The position numbers were made by a program, and so were the translations under genes. From positions 22,643,237 to 22,707,236 of the forward strand of contig NC_092672.1 in assembly GCF_964355755.1 (NCBI RefSeq): a stretch of DNA of 64,000 nucleotides, written 5' to 3'. This stretch comes from Antedon mediterranea. Lineage: Eukaryota; Animalia; Echinodermata. Under the pieces are notes generated by a model. It saw only the letters and a program-made list of their open reading frames with translations, ran no database searches and had not been told where the DNA came from. Shown here piece after piece: positions 41,501 to 56,500 of the stretch (within the stretch, counting starts at the first letter, position 1; each line of letters starts with the position of its first letter).

Positions 41501-44500
41501 TATTACAAATAGATACAGTAGATATAGCTAGATGACCTAGGCCTCTAGGCCTAGATACTGCATTAGAAATCTATTATTAATATCACAGTTGTAATATCTA
41601 TCAACTGCATACTTACAATGGGTGTCACGAAACCTAAGACCACGAAAGCTAAGACCCCCTAAGACCTAAGATCACGAAAGCTAAGACCCAACACCTAGAT
41701 TACAAATATTTATCTTTCGCACCTGCCTTGTATTTTAACTCCCAACATTTATTCTGAATACCACACCTTAGAATTGGCACTTTCATGAAAAAGAATCACA
41801 TAAAAAGTAACAAATACATTTTTAAATTGATGATTTTACAGACGTTTTTCTCGCACACAAAATGACTAGCCTACAGTACAGTAGGCCTACCCCATGGGCC
41901 ATGTTCTATGTTTTTGTTTCTATGGAACGTCAAAAGAGCAAAAATTATATAGAGGGCTGAAAACTCTGTGGAGTCCATCTACAGTGTGGATGGAACAATG
42001 TAAAATTAAAATTGTAATGATAATAGTATACTCATGCAAGTACGAAGAAATAAATACTGGCAAATAAATTTTAATTTAAAAATCATGATAAGTTTTTTTG
42101 TTTCGTTTTCTTTCTGTTTTTATACTTGTACTATTATTGTTGCTCTTTTGGCGCTCCATAGAAACAAAAACATTGAGCATGGGGAGCTCGAGGAGTTACA
42201 TTACAGTATACAAAGAAACACATCTGTAAAATCATCAATTTAAAGGATTTATTTATTTGTTATTATGTGTTTCTCCTTCTGAAAGTACTTATAAGTCCTA
42301 ATTTTAAAGTGTGGTGTTCAGGATAAAGTTAGTCAACAAATTTGGAGTCAAAATACAAGAAAGGCAGGTGCGTAAGAAAAACATCCTCTGAACCAACACA
42401 ATGGAGTAAATATATACCAACAAACAACCCGTCAAGTTTGTTTGTTGTAAAGTAAAAATATACATTTACTCAACGGGCGAAAATAATGTGAGTTTATCTA
42501 TGTTTTGCGGTAGTATTAAATTATATTTATGGTAATAAATGAAACCTACTGTGTTTAAAATTATGTATAATAATAACCTATTAATAGACTAGGCTTAGGC
42601 CTATTAACAAACTGATAATAGGCCTAGGCAGCCCAGTATAACTATTTAGTATTAATATTATAAACTAAAAAATCTATTTTATAATTGAACCCTGGGAAGT
42701 AGGCCTACAACTTGTGGCTTATTACTATGTTTTCATTTATGTACACACCTATAATTATATTATACTGTATAATGCCATTGTTGAATAAATAAATGTTTTT
42801 TGAACAACAAACAGGCAATGTAGGGCCTAGGCTAACTAGTAGTAGGCCTATAAGCCTAGGCTATAAAGTATATTAGGCCTAGGCTAGGCTATTATAATTA
42901 TAACTTGAATGAAAAATGCCTAGTGCAATTTAAAAAAGACTAGGCCTAGGCTAGGGCCTACCTAGCTTAGTAGCCTAGCCTAGCCTAGGCCTACTAACTA
43001 ATACAGGCCTGGCTAGGTTATAGAGCCTACTAGAGGCCTACTAGCCTAGCTTCTAGCCTATCAAAAAGGAACACTTTAACTTTAACAAATAAAATGTAAA
43101 GATATGGATTGATTCACTTACCACTAAACTGACATTGTGTATAAATAAACATTCATGGTCTGATCGAAAAGGCCTACAACAAGCGAATGCTCCTTTTTTC
43201 TCTGATCATCTGCATCGTGCCTGCTGCTGCTACAAAAAAAAACCGGGAATTTGGGTGTAACAATTGTTATACACACGCACTAATATATAGACAACGGCTA
43301 TCTATAATCTATTAACAAACTACATTTTACATTTTACATTTAACTTATATTCCATACTGTACCATATCTATTATATATAGATAGATGGAGACTACTACAA
43401 GTCTATTAGAAATCTATGAGTAACACAGTTTTGTATTATCTATCAACTGTCTACTTATAATAGATAGACAACAGCTATCTATAATCTATTAACAAACTAC
43501 ATTTAACATATATTCCATACCTACTAAATATCTATTATATATAGATAGATGGAGACTACTACAAGTCTATTAGAAATCTATGAGTAACACAGTTTTGTAT
43601 TATCTATCAACTGTCTATTTATAATAGATAGACAACAACTATCTATAACCTATTAACAAACTACATTTAACTTTCCTTCCATACCTACTAAATATCTATT
43701 ATATATAGATAGATGGAGGCTACTACAAATCTATTAGAAATCTATGAGTAACACAGTTTTGTATTATCTATCAACTGTCTATTTATAATAGATAGACAAC
43801 AGCTATCTATAACCTATTAACAAACTACATTTAACATATATTCCATACCTACCAAATATCTATTATATATAGATAGATGGAGACTACTACAAGTCTATTA
43901 GAAATCTATGAGTAACACAGTTTTGTATTATCTATCAACTGTCTATTTATAATAGATAGACAACAGATATCTATAACCTATTAACAAACTACATTTAACT
44001 TATATTCCATACCTACTAAATATCTATTATATATAGATAGATGGAGACTACTACAAGTCTATTAGAAATCTATGAGTAATACAGTTTTGTATTATCTATC
44101 AACTGTCTACTTATAATAGATAGACAACAGATATCTATAACCTATTAACAAACTACATTTAACTTATATTCCATACCTACTAAATATCTATTATATATAG
44201 ATAGATGGAGACTACTACAAGTCTATTAGAAATCTATGAGTAACACAGTTTTGTATTATCTATCAACTGTCTATTTATAATAGATAGACAACAGATATCT
44301 ATAACCTATTAACAAACTACATTTAACTTATATTCCATACCTACTAAATATCTATTATATATAGATAGATGGAGACTACTATAAGTCTATTATAAATCTA
44401 TGAGTAACACAGTTTTGTATTATCTATCAACTGTCTATTTATAATAGATAGACAACAGCTATCTATAACCTATTAACAAACTACATTTAACTTGTATTCC

Positions 44501-47500
44501 ATACCTACTAAATATCTATTATATATAGATAGATGGAGACTACTATAAGTCTATTAGAAATCTATGAGTAACACAGTTTTGTATTATCTATCAACTGTCT
44601 ACTTATAATAGATAGACAACAGCTATCTATAACCTATTAACAAACTACATTTAACTTGTATTCCATACCTACTAAATATCTATTATATATAGATAGATGG
44701 AGACTACTACAAGTCTATTAGAAATCTATGAGTAACACAGTTTTGTATTATCTATCAACTGTCTACTTATAATAGATAGACAACAGATATCTATAATCTA
44801 TTAACAAACTACGTTTAACTTGTATTCCATACCTACTAAATATCTATTATATATAGATAGATGGAGGCTACTGTAAGTCTATTAGAAATCTATGAGTAAC
44901 ACAGTTTTGTATTATCTATCAACTGTCTACTTATAATAGATAGACAACAGCTATCTATAATCTATTAACAAACTACATTTAACTTGTATTCCATACCTAC
45001 TAAATATCTATTATATATAGATAGATGGAGGCTACTGTAAGTCTATTAGAAATCTATGAGTAAAACAGTTTTGTATTATCTATCAACTGTCTACTTATAA
45101 TAGATAGACAACAGATATCTATAACCTATTAACAAACTACGTTTAACTTGTATTCCATACCTACTAAATATCTATTATATATAGATAGATGGAGACTACT
45201 ACAAGTCTATTAGAAATCTATGAGTAATACAGTTTTGTATTATCTATCAACTGTCTACTTATAATAGATAGACAACAGCTATATATAACCTATTAACAAA
45301 CTACCGTTAACTTATATTCCATACCTACTAAATATCTATTATATATAGATAGATGGAGACTACTACAAGTCTATTAGAAATCTATGACTAACACAGTTTT
45401 GTATTATCTATCAACTGTCTACTTATAATAGATAGACAACAGCTATATATAACCTATTAACAAACTACCGTTAACTTATATTCCATACCTACTAAATATC
45501 TATTATATATAGATAGATGGAGACTACTACAAGTCTATTAGAAATCTATGACTAACACAGTTTTGTATTATCTATCAACTGTCTACTTATAATAGATAGA
45601 CAACAGCTATCTATAACCTATTAACAAACTACGTTTAACTTTTTTTTCATACCTACTAAATATCTATTATATATAGATAGATGGAGACTATTCCCTGTCT
45701 ACATAAAAACTCTTAAGGTGAAAAATATCTATTAAAAACTACTAACAATGGTGTAGCTTAAAGGCCTACTTTAAATAGTGCTACATCAACTATGATACAA
45801 CTACTTACTGTGTACTTTTAATAGGTAGTACCTATTATGTCACCTATCTATTTTATGTAGTCAGAAAGTAGTCGAAGAAATCATGATAAAATCCTTAGTA
45901 GCCAAGAGAAAAAAACTACTAACGGCCTATTAAGCCTACTAAGGATAGAGCTATTTCTATTAAAGACTATCTAAATCTACTTAGTTATTTCGTTATGGGT
46001 GAAATAAAATGTTCATAACATATTTTATTAGATACATTATGCATATTACAAAGATGGTAGCCGGTAGATCATCTATCACATAAAAGTTTGTTGTCTTCAA
46101 ATCATTGCCTTAGCTTTTCGAATCACAATGGATCTCTACAAATGATAATGTGTCTTGGGCATAGATCTTCACCTTAATTTTTCCAGTTCAGTATGCATTT
46201 TCAATCGAAATATTATTTAAGCCAAGATCAGTTTTAAATATGTTCTTTACAAGTTGCATTTGATCTTTTCCTTGATGTCACCAAATCTTAGAATTTCTTT
46301 TAACTGGTAGCAATTCAGCTTTCATGTAGAGTATCCTGTTTAGATTTAATGTTCACACATTCATGTCAAACTATCCGTTGTAGCTTTAAATTTATCCTTA
46401 GTTTTATTTTGAAGTTCCATAACATTTCTGTTTAGCAATGATTGTTAGCCTTGCTTTAGTGATGATCTTAATAATAATAATAATAACAACTTTATTTAAA
46501 AACGGATGCAACACTTGAATCACCATATTGGTGTTTTTCCTTGTCAATCCTAGTATTTATGTCAGCTGCTAAGCTACTGTACCCATGGCTTTAAATTTGC
46601 CGAATGATCAACTGTTGGGAATTAAATATTATGCGGAGCAACTATGTCTTCACTCAGAGATGTCCATAGCACTTCAATTTTACTGTAAAGAAGAATTTGG
46701 GTTCTCTACACTAAAGGTTATTCACATGACAGTATGTAGTGATATGTAAAAGGAATTTAATAATAAATCATAATCATCAGAAATATAAAAATTTATTTAA
46801 TTAATACAAATTGTTCAATATAAATTAAAGTATTTAATATTCCCAGAGTATTATCACAAATAGATAATCATTTCAATTTGTAGCATTCAAAATACAGTAG
46901 GAAGGTTTGTTTATAATTTTATAATTCTATTACTCGATGGGTAGACACCCCAACAATTAATTTTTTTTAACTCCATCTTTGGTATTGCATTCTTTGAAAA
47001 TTACCTTTTTTTTCAATGAGCTTGCCTGAATCTCCGACTGTCTGGTGTTTTCAATTCTCCTTCTCCTTCCTTTTTATTTGGATATAATATCATATTTTGT
47101 ATCATCTTCTTCCCAACTTTTTTATTTTTTTCTGGGAGCCTAGGCGTAAAGTTTTTAAGCTTATGTAGGTTTCCTTCCACACATACTATGTTTTTTATTG
47201 GTTATCACAAGTGTTTATATAATTATTATTTTTATTATTCAATATTTATTGAATATTGAATAAACAAATCAAATCAAATAAAAGAAATCATAATATAATA
47301 ATTTTGTGTATGCTAAATGCCTTAGTAAACAACTCACATGTTGTACAGTATACGAATACCATTGGGCTACTGGTTTAAATTTTTTTTTTTATATCTAGTA
47401 AGACTAATAATACAATTAATGTGCATTACTAGAGTAAGCTAAGCTAGTGGCATGTTTTGAAATTAAAATGACCATTTTAATTAACTGACAAATATAAATG

Positions 47501-50500
47501 AAAGTGAAACTATTTTTTAATAGTGAGTATACGTGTATTCTTTAAATGTTATGATTTTCTAAAAACCAATAGAGTTAGCCGAGGCCTCTAGGCATATAAT
47601 ACATAGCAGACAATATTTTTGAATAGAATAAATAAATAAAATACTTTTTGTCTTTTTTTAATTGGACAATTGGATTAATAATTTATAGTTGTGACTACAT
47701 TCAGATGTCCTGTAAATAATTTCATTTTTTTTTCTGTTACTTATTCATTTTTTCATTTATACTTCAAGTATGTCACTGTAGTAAAAGAATTGTCAGGAAA
47801 TGATGTCATGCAACATGGAAATATTGCTGTTTCAGGACATGACAATATCATAACTCAGGTTTCAATAGGCTATTGAAACCTGAGTTATGATATTGTCATG
47901 TCCTCTATTAGGCATACAGCAAAGACTCTCCTAATATTAACCATGATTTGTATGGTTTCCTAATATCTGACAGTACTTATGTTGTTGCACCATCTGGTAA
48001 ACAATCACAATCTCTATACTCAAATGTTTCTTTAATATTTTTGAGCTGGGTCTTTAGGCTTTTACAGTTTTTAATATTCTATTCATGTTTTTTATTTTAA
48101 CCCTAAACTTGTAACTGTGATATTCTTAACAAACTCAGAAATCCATTCATACAACACTAGGGCCTCACACGCCCTTCATCTTCCTTTAACTAAACTTTCT
48201 TTAATTCAACACAATGTCCGATCTAATGATTTTTGTCGACCGCTTTTCGTCTCCTCTGCCCCATGGCTACTAAATTACAATAATTACCATTTATATCAAT
48301 TATTGTCTTTATGCTTCCTGTTTGTTTTTTTTTGTGTGTGTTTTGTTCTGTCTTTTTGTTGTTCTTTTTAGTCGCGTGGACGCGACTCTATAGTTCACCA
48401 TGTCGGTCTGTCGGTCTGTCTGTCGGTCCGGTATCACTATTTTAGAACGCGACTTATGGCTGTTGGCCTTGTTTTTTTTCAGTACACACAATATGTTACA
48501 TTTATTGTACCTGGCTTGCCTACCACAAGTGTCAATTAGAGTAATCCAATTGATGTATAACTTCTAGCTTCTTCTTTTTAGCATTTAAAAAAAATTTGTT
48601 TATTTTTTGAAGCAGGATTATATTTATTATCTATTTTAATTATTTATTTTTGTCAAATGTTAACGTTTTATTTGAAAGAAGAAGTAATAAATGTTACTTG
48701 AAATGAAATGAATTTATAAATTACTATTAACTATTAAGAAAACAAATCAAATAGTTTATTCATATCAACGATATTGCAAAATTATTCATGGAGTATGAAC
48801 AAATTATCTATGTGTTAACTGTTTTTATTAACTTTTTTAAATTGTATTAATCTATTAATCAATTTTTCCTGTTATAATCTTTTGTGGTCATTTTTAGATT
48901 ATATTTTGTATTGTTTTATGCACACATTATGTTTGTGAACAAGCTCCATTACAAAAATGATTTTATTATTATTATTATATTATAACTTATATTATCAAGG
49001 TTCTATCTTTTATTTTTTAATGAATCCCAAAAGTTTGAGACGTGTCAGTCTGTAAAGCTGTGGACAGAGATAAAATCCTTTTTTTTTGTAGTATAAATGA
49101 AGCATGGCCTCCTGAGCTCAATTTGATTCTTTCAAAGTTAAAATAATATATATACTAAAAGGAAAATAATATGTGTTACTAAGTCACGTATCCATGGTGA
49201 TTGTGATGACAGGCCCAGACTCTATACTATACCTGATATTACGATACTATCTGAATTAATATTCAGCCAGTGTGCAAAAACTTCTGGATACTATTTAAGT
49301 TGATTATCAATGACTTAAACAATTTAGCTTTCCTATAATGCTAACACCTTTTTAATGTTTATATAATGCTTTTTTTTTTATAATTATAACTCTTTTTAAT
49401 GTTTTATATACACATTATTATACATGGATAAAAAGGTTAAATAATACACGAAAAAAGAAAGGAAAAGGGAGAATTACGTTGGATAATAACAATTTAAACA
49501 GATTATAAAGATGCAATATTTAGAACAACAACAAATATTGCGGATTGAATTGTGTCTTGTTGTGAATGAATGATTTTTGGTCTTTATTTTGAATATTATA
49601 TTGATAAAGATATACAACAATTACGAAAAAGGGAAGATTATATTGGATAACAATGATCAAATAGATTATGAAGATTGTAGATTTATGACAACTACTGTAT
49701 TACATATTACTTATTAACTTGTATTAATCATGTCATTGAACGAATGAACAAAAGTGCTGGTTCAAGCCACAAAAGAGAGGAACAAAAGACAGTGCTAGAA
49801 CCCTGGTGCATTTAACATCGTGTATAAGAGAATGACAAAGTGCATAAAGTATAAAACCATGAAAGAGTATAAGAGCATGATGTCAATACAGAGAAGAGAT
49901 TAGTGGCTTTCTGTAGTTTGCAACGCCCTTTTCATTAATTGGGTACGTGTGATAATAGAGCATTGTCACACATTGCATACAAAAACAAGTCATGATATTA
50001 TTTTATGCTCACTAAACTGAATTCAGAAGAACATCAAACATATATTTATGAATAAAGCTGAAAAAATGAATTAGTAGTTTCTATAATTATTAAATTGCTT
50101 TAAAAAAAATAATATGGGATTTACACTACCCATCTGAATATACATACACCTTAATCTGAATACCTTATCCAACATGAATACAGTGTTTAAACAGCGCATA
50201 ATACTATGCCTTTGTAGATTCATTCCATAACATAGTTTCATTCCATTAAAACTACAATAGTAACATTATCGTATAACCTATATAACCTACCACTTTTTTT
50301 AATAGAATAAACCGAATGCTATCATCTCTTTAACTATTTAATACACAATAACATCTACCCGTCTATGATAGTGCAGCGTGTCAATCACAGCTAAAGACAC
50401 CAGTTGTACACCTTTGTGTCTTATTATCCAATGCATTCCAACACAATGCTGCTCAGACACCACCTATATTATTCGACTTGAGTTTGCTAGATCATCATAT

Positions 50501-53500
50501 AAAAGTGCATTATGATGGGATCAGATCGTTTTTATATAATTGTCCTTTATTAATAATTATAATATTGACAACCATTCTGATGTGTGTTAATGGTTGTGCA
50601 GAGCCATGATAAATACAATTGTCACAGCTTCAATAAGGTGACAGGGAGAAAATTAAATGAAAACCTTCCTCCATAATATTTATCTGCTCAAATGCTGGAT
50701 TATAATTAGTTTTTAATAGTAAATGTGTCCATATAATTTATTGTTTGTCAAGTAGGTCTTTTACCACACTGATGTTTAATGTGAAATGCTTAAATGTATT
50801 CAGAGTGAGATCTGACAATGTAAATTATCTTAATTAAAATCATTTACATTAAAAACTTTCAATTGTATTTATATTTTTGTGCTGTTCTTAAAATACAATT
50901 GCAGTCTACCAAATCATGGAGCTATAAAGCTCAATGAGACTAAAAACTGTTAACATATGATGTACACAGCCTATTTAATACTTAGTTAAAATGCCATTTT
51001 AGACATTTTTAACCATTGATTCATTTAGTGCAATTTATAAAACTTCATCAAAAGCTTTACAATGGTCATATGTGTTTTTATTATTTATATTACTTATAAC
51101 ATATTAATACCAAACTATATAGATAGTTACAATATAATAGCGATGAAAAACATCATGTTTGCACAATAAACATTAAAATATGTTTATTTTTTAAAAAGTA
51201 ATAAATATAGGCCTAAAGAACATTTAACATTCAAAATATTCAATAATGTATCTCTTCACTGAGTAAACTTTTTATTATGATCATGATTAAATTAAATAAT
51301 CTAACAATATATATATTTAAAAATATTTTTAATTATACCACAATTATAAATGGTCAGGCTTCTACTGTGCATTGCTAAAGAGGTTTGTTATAGTTGTATG
51401 ACATATTATAATCTATTTTTTTAGTTTGGAAATTCACCACTCTTGGTAGCTGCATTAAATGGTCACACTGCATGCTGTATGACATTAGTTGATGCTGGTT
51501 GTAATGTGAACCAACAAAACAATGTAAGTTGTATACACAGTATATCTAGTAATTTCATATAATTATGCATGTATTATTGCATCGTATTGTAAATATCACA
51601 GTGTATGCAGGCATATTACACAATACTGTGAGGATTATACTATTTGCTGCACCTACCCCCTCACCCTTTCGCTCCATCACTAGGACAGAATAATCTTGAT
51701 TTTGTTTTACCATATTATAATCCAAGTTGATCAACTACCACCATTCAATCCTGAATGTTAAATGTTCTTTAGGCCTATATTTGTTATCCTCAAATTAGTG
51801 CATTCTATTTGTGTACCACACTCTATGCAAACTTCTTATATCTGTACCTGGCTGGTGCCATGATATTATTGTAGGTATTATTGATTCCACTGTACATTCA
51901 CCAACCTATTTATAGAATCTTAAAGCAAAAAGTATATAAAACCATAGAGATATTGAGATAAAACTAAATATTTTATCTTTTGATTCAAAAAGATTTGATG
52001 TAAAATAGTTTAAAAAGCTGACAAGAAGCTTTTATATTAGCATTATAATGAATAAAATTGTAAGGTGAATCAATCATAAAGTATTATAACTGATATCCAA
52101 GTATACCATTTTTATCGTCTGCAATTTGCAAAGTATATTGAAATTTCACTAAAGAACTTTGTCCTTTAAATTAAAAGGTTTTTTCTCTCCAGATATCTTG
52201 CTAAATAAATATGCTCTTTTTGTATTCAGTGAATATAATCAATCAATATAATCAATCAAATGATAGATAAGTAATGGTAAACATTCAATAGGTTTTGATT
52301 ATATCATTTATAAATCATTTATAAATCATCCATGTTTCGTAAATAAAATTGGAGAGTTACTAAAGGGTTGTATGTACAATCAAAATATAATATTCACAGT
52401 ATTAGTACAGCTTGCGCACTTTTTTTTTTCCTCACTTTTTACAAGAATGGAGAGAACGCTCTGCATATTACTGCTCGAGCAAATCTTATTTATGAAGAGC
52501 ACAAAAATGCCTTTGTGTTCTTCATACAGGAAGGACGTATGGACATTAGCAAGAAAAATAAGGTTAGTTTGTTATTAAGTACTGTAATGCAATTATTTTA
52601 ATAATAAAGTTTAGTTCTATTCTTTTTTTTTTAAAGTTATATAAAATATAACAAATAGAAACAAAAAGGTTTATTATTATCTGTTGATATCAAGTTTGCA
52701 GTACACCACGTTAATAAGTTCTGAAAAAAACTGTTTCTCGACGTTTCAATCAATATGCTTTGATCTTCCTCAGAATTATCATTGAAAATATTACAGGCTA
52801 TTTTTTTCTTGTCTGACCCTCGAGTAGTCTATTGCCCATGCACGTTCTCACATGTTCCTGTATATTTGTTTGATGGAATGATTAATTACAGAAATATTAA
52901 AATGAATATAGTGTAATATTTATAGTTATTAACATTTCTTTTTTATTTTCCATTACAGTATTCACATTGTAGGCCCCTACTGTTAAATTGTAAATCTAAA
53001 TTGAATTAGTCCAGTGGCATATTTTTTTAAGATATGGACAAAAGTAAAATTATTGACCTTTAAAATATCTAGAATTTGCATAACTATTATGAAATATATT
53101 TATTTAGTCTGTCATAATTTGATTTTTTTTAATGGCCAGGGTTATTTTACCTATTAGTATTATTTAGTTTGGCTTATCTTTTGGTTTAGTATGTTCTTGC
53201 AAATTATGAAATTAAGCTGAATTTTTAATTTTTTTTAAAAGAGTAGCTGAGGGATTTATCAGAACTAATTATGCTTATAACTAGAATTGCTAATATTGTT
53301 ATTTTAAATCACAAACACTTTGATTGTCAGAATGGAAAGTCTGCATTTGATATACATATTGAAAATGTGTGCGATAAATACGATGGTGAACAGAAGAAAA
53401 CAGAAATACTTGCAATTTTGAGTGGTAAGTTAAAAAAACACATTGTGCCTCAAATAAAAGCATGAACTTCTAAAAATAGAATTAATGATCACTTTTTATC

Positions 53501-56500
53501 CTGTAGTACATGTAGTCAGTCCTATAATCAAACAAATAAAAAAATATGATTTATAATTTAAAAAAAGTAGATTGATTCAAATAGCGGCTCATCTCAACTA
53601 CTGTCATGTTGGTACAGGGTATGTTGAGACTCACAGCGTTAGGTTTGTTATCCAACACATGGTGTATGGTACTTCATTGCATGGAAATGTGTAATATGGT
53701 TTCAGTTGTGCATTTTATCCTGTCTGCCATTTTGTGTGTTACTAATTCTGTTATAAATATCTATATGTTGGTCCCAAATGTAATTTAAAAATATGTTTGT
53801 GTTTTATATCCTACATTATTTCCAATCTGTAATTCTGCACTGAAAAGCTTGATTACACATTCATTTTACTTGTTTAGGTGGACCTTTACCTAACATCGAA
53901 ATGACATCGTCAGGTATGAATATTCTTCAATTTCAATGCACCACAATAGGGCTATTGTTTCCAAATCTATAAAAAAGGAATTAAAAAATTAATATTGGTC
54001 TATAGCATTAGGTATCTTTTATGTTCTATTTGTTATGGAGAAGTTTGGTATTCACAATATCTATAAATAAACTGCTTGTAAAAGTTACTTAAATATTATT
54101 TTACATAAGAAATATAAAAAAATATATTTTTTTTTAGAAAATAAAGAGTTTATCATGATTGAACTATAATTTTATTTACAAATTATAAAACAACTACACT
54201 ATAGACAAAGTGAACATTTTACAAAATTACATTTGGGTAATTTAGATCTACAGTAGACATTGAGGAGGGTAGGTGGAATCAAACAAACAAATTACTAATA
54301 TTTTAGGATTTATTAAAATATTTTATAAACAGTATAATATATATATCTTATTTTATTTAGATATTACAATCAAAGAATTATTATACATTACCAATAACAC
54401 CTACAATAAAAGGCTACTAATAGCAGCTAATCTTGGAATGACACAAGAAGATATAAATTCATTTGAACTACCAGATATAAGCACACTTCAAAGGACTTAC
54501 AACATGTTGAACACATGGGCAGTTAAGGTTACTAAGAAGTCCATGCGTTCAGAACTTGTTGCAGCTCTCAGGAAAGCTGAGGAAAAAGATGTGGCTGATA
54601 AAATTGAAAGTAAGTAAATAAAACCATAAGATAGCCTTCAGAATGACTGAACTCTCTAATTTATAAGGTTCTTAAAGGCTTTGTAACGATATTCTGTGTG
54701 TTTATAATAATAAATAAAAAAACTTTTGAAATATGCAGAAATGTCTAAGTCTAAATGTTGGTCGCATTTGTGAGAATCGGCTTTAATAAGCCTATGTGTT
54801 GGCATATACCTTATTAGTACCACATATTTATCAAACCAATTGTTATAAAATCTTTGCATTTGATGGAAATCTATCATCTGTTTTTCGTGAGGGATTGCTG
54901 AAGTATTTTATTCTATATACAGTATACCTTCATCTTTGTACTCTGCTATTATCACCTTAATTTATTTAAGTAATGATTGAGGTATTCATAAGACAGTCTT
55001 AGTGCATATTAAACTGTTCAATTTATAAAGAGTATAGTTGCTATCCTGTAGTATACAAAGAAACAGGAAGTTATACAAATAGTTATTTTACCTTTTATTG
55101 TGTTTTTAAGATGTGCATGTTCCAGAGGAGATATTGGCACGAGGACCTGATGCGGTGAAAGCATTTCAAAATGCACTTGAAGAAGGACAAACAGAGTTTA
55201 ATCAAGGAAGAACTATTTTTGTAGGACTTGAGAATGTTGGAAAAACATCTACTATCAATTCTCTTTTAAGAAAAGAGTAAGCATACTTTATATCAATTAT
55301 TACATTTAACCACTTAAACTGTTACATACAGTTTTTACTGGATCAATTACAACAATAACCCATACATTTTTTCTGAATAGTTTCAATTTATTTCACCATA
55401 AAATAATATCAAAATACATAGCAAATATTGATGAGAGTGACCATCAAAGCAAAGCTCGTATTCCAGTCACCCATACACATAGCTAGCCAATAGCTTAAAT
55501 ATCTTATTTGATTGGGACCCTTATTTATAAGTAATCTAAACATAAATAATCTAAATATCACAATGTAAAAGAGTAAGAAGATAGTTGATTAAAATTTACT
55601 ATTATTAAAATTGTTGTTTGATTAAAGTATTTGGCCCTTTAGTGTTCTGGGTATGTTGAGGGTTTAAAACAAGATTTTAATGCAACGTAAAAACAATGTC
55701 ATTGCAGTATACCATCAAATTATTTTCTGTTTTATTATTAATGCAAACATTCTTTTATAATTATATAATGTCATTTTGTCAGGTTTAATCCATTGCATAT
55801 AATAACAGATGCAATGGTTAAAACAACGGTGTGTACACCAGATGCCAGTAACAAAGAAATGTTGAAAGAAACAACGCAGGATATTTGTAAGATTCACTTT
55901 ATTCAGATACATACTGCAACCAGAATAGATGATTTATTTATATTTTTGTAATTTATTTTTTATTATTATTTAGGCAAATTGCCAAGGATAACCATAAGCG
56001 AATTAATTCACTATCCTTCTTAAAGGTAGCAATCATGTTCAAAAGACAAACATACACAAGATGCTCTACATAAACAAAGTGTTATTACAAGTCTTTGGGA
56101 GTGGAGTTGTAATTTGTCATTAGACAAAATCCTGGCATATGACAGGACTTGAACCCAGGACCCTTCAATTGGTAGCCAAGCACCATAACTGCCAAGTCAC
56201 AACTCCACTCCAAATTTAAAATTCACCCTGACTCATGCACTGTCATGTCACAACTTGTTTTTTATTTTTTTTTTACCAAATAATTGTTGTTCTTATATCA
56301 TGTCATTGTAAATCAATTTAATAGACACTCTAGGTTTAATATTTGGGTGACAATTTGCGACTAGTTCTTGCACACAAATGACTTTGATATTTCATAAATG
56401 CATGGAGAAAACTCCGACCATATAAACATACAAGTTATTTAAATTCAATTTGAGGATAAATTAGTTTTTAAATTGTTGCAACAACTTCATAAAAATGGTT

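Larger units (their letters stand above)
38213..45999. mobile_element. 7.8-kb non-autonomous CMC/EnSpm-like element with internal satellites
   Basis: Termini CCCATAACAAAAA...TTTCGTTATGGG, imperfect inverted similarity continuing inward, 2-bp TG on both flanks. Confidence 0.7.

Noticed and set aside
49460-49750. Degenerate ~165-bp two-copy duplication
   Set aside because: Ordinary old local duplication with no coding or structural signal.
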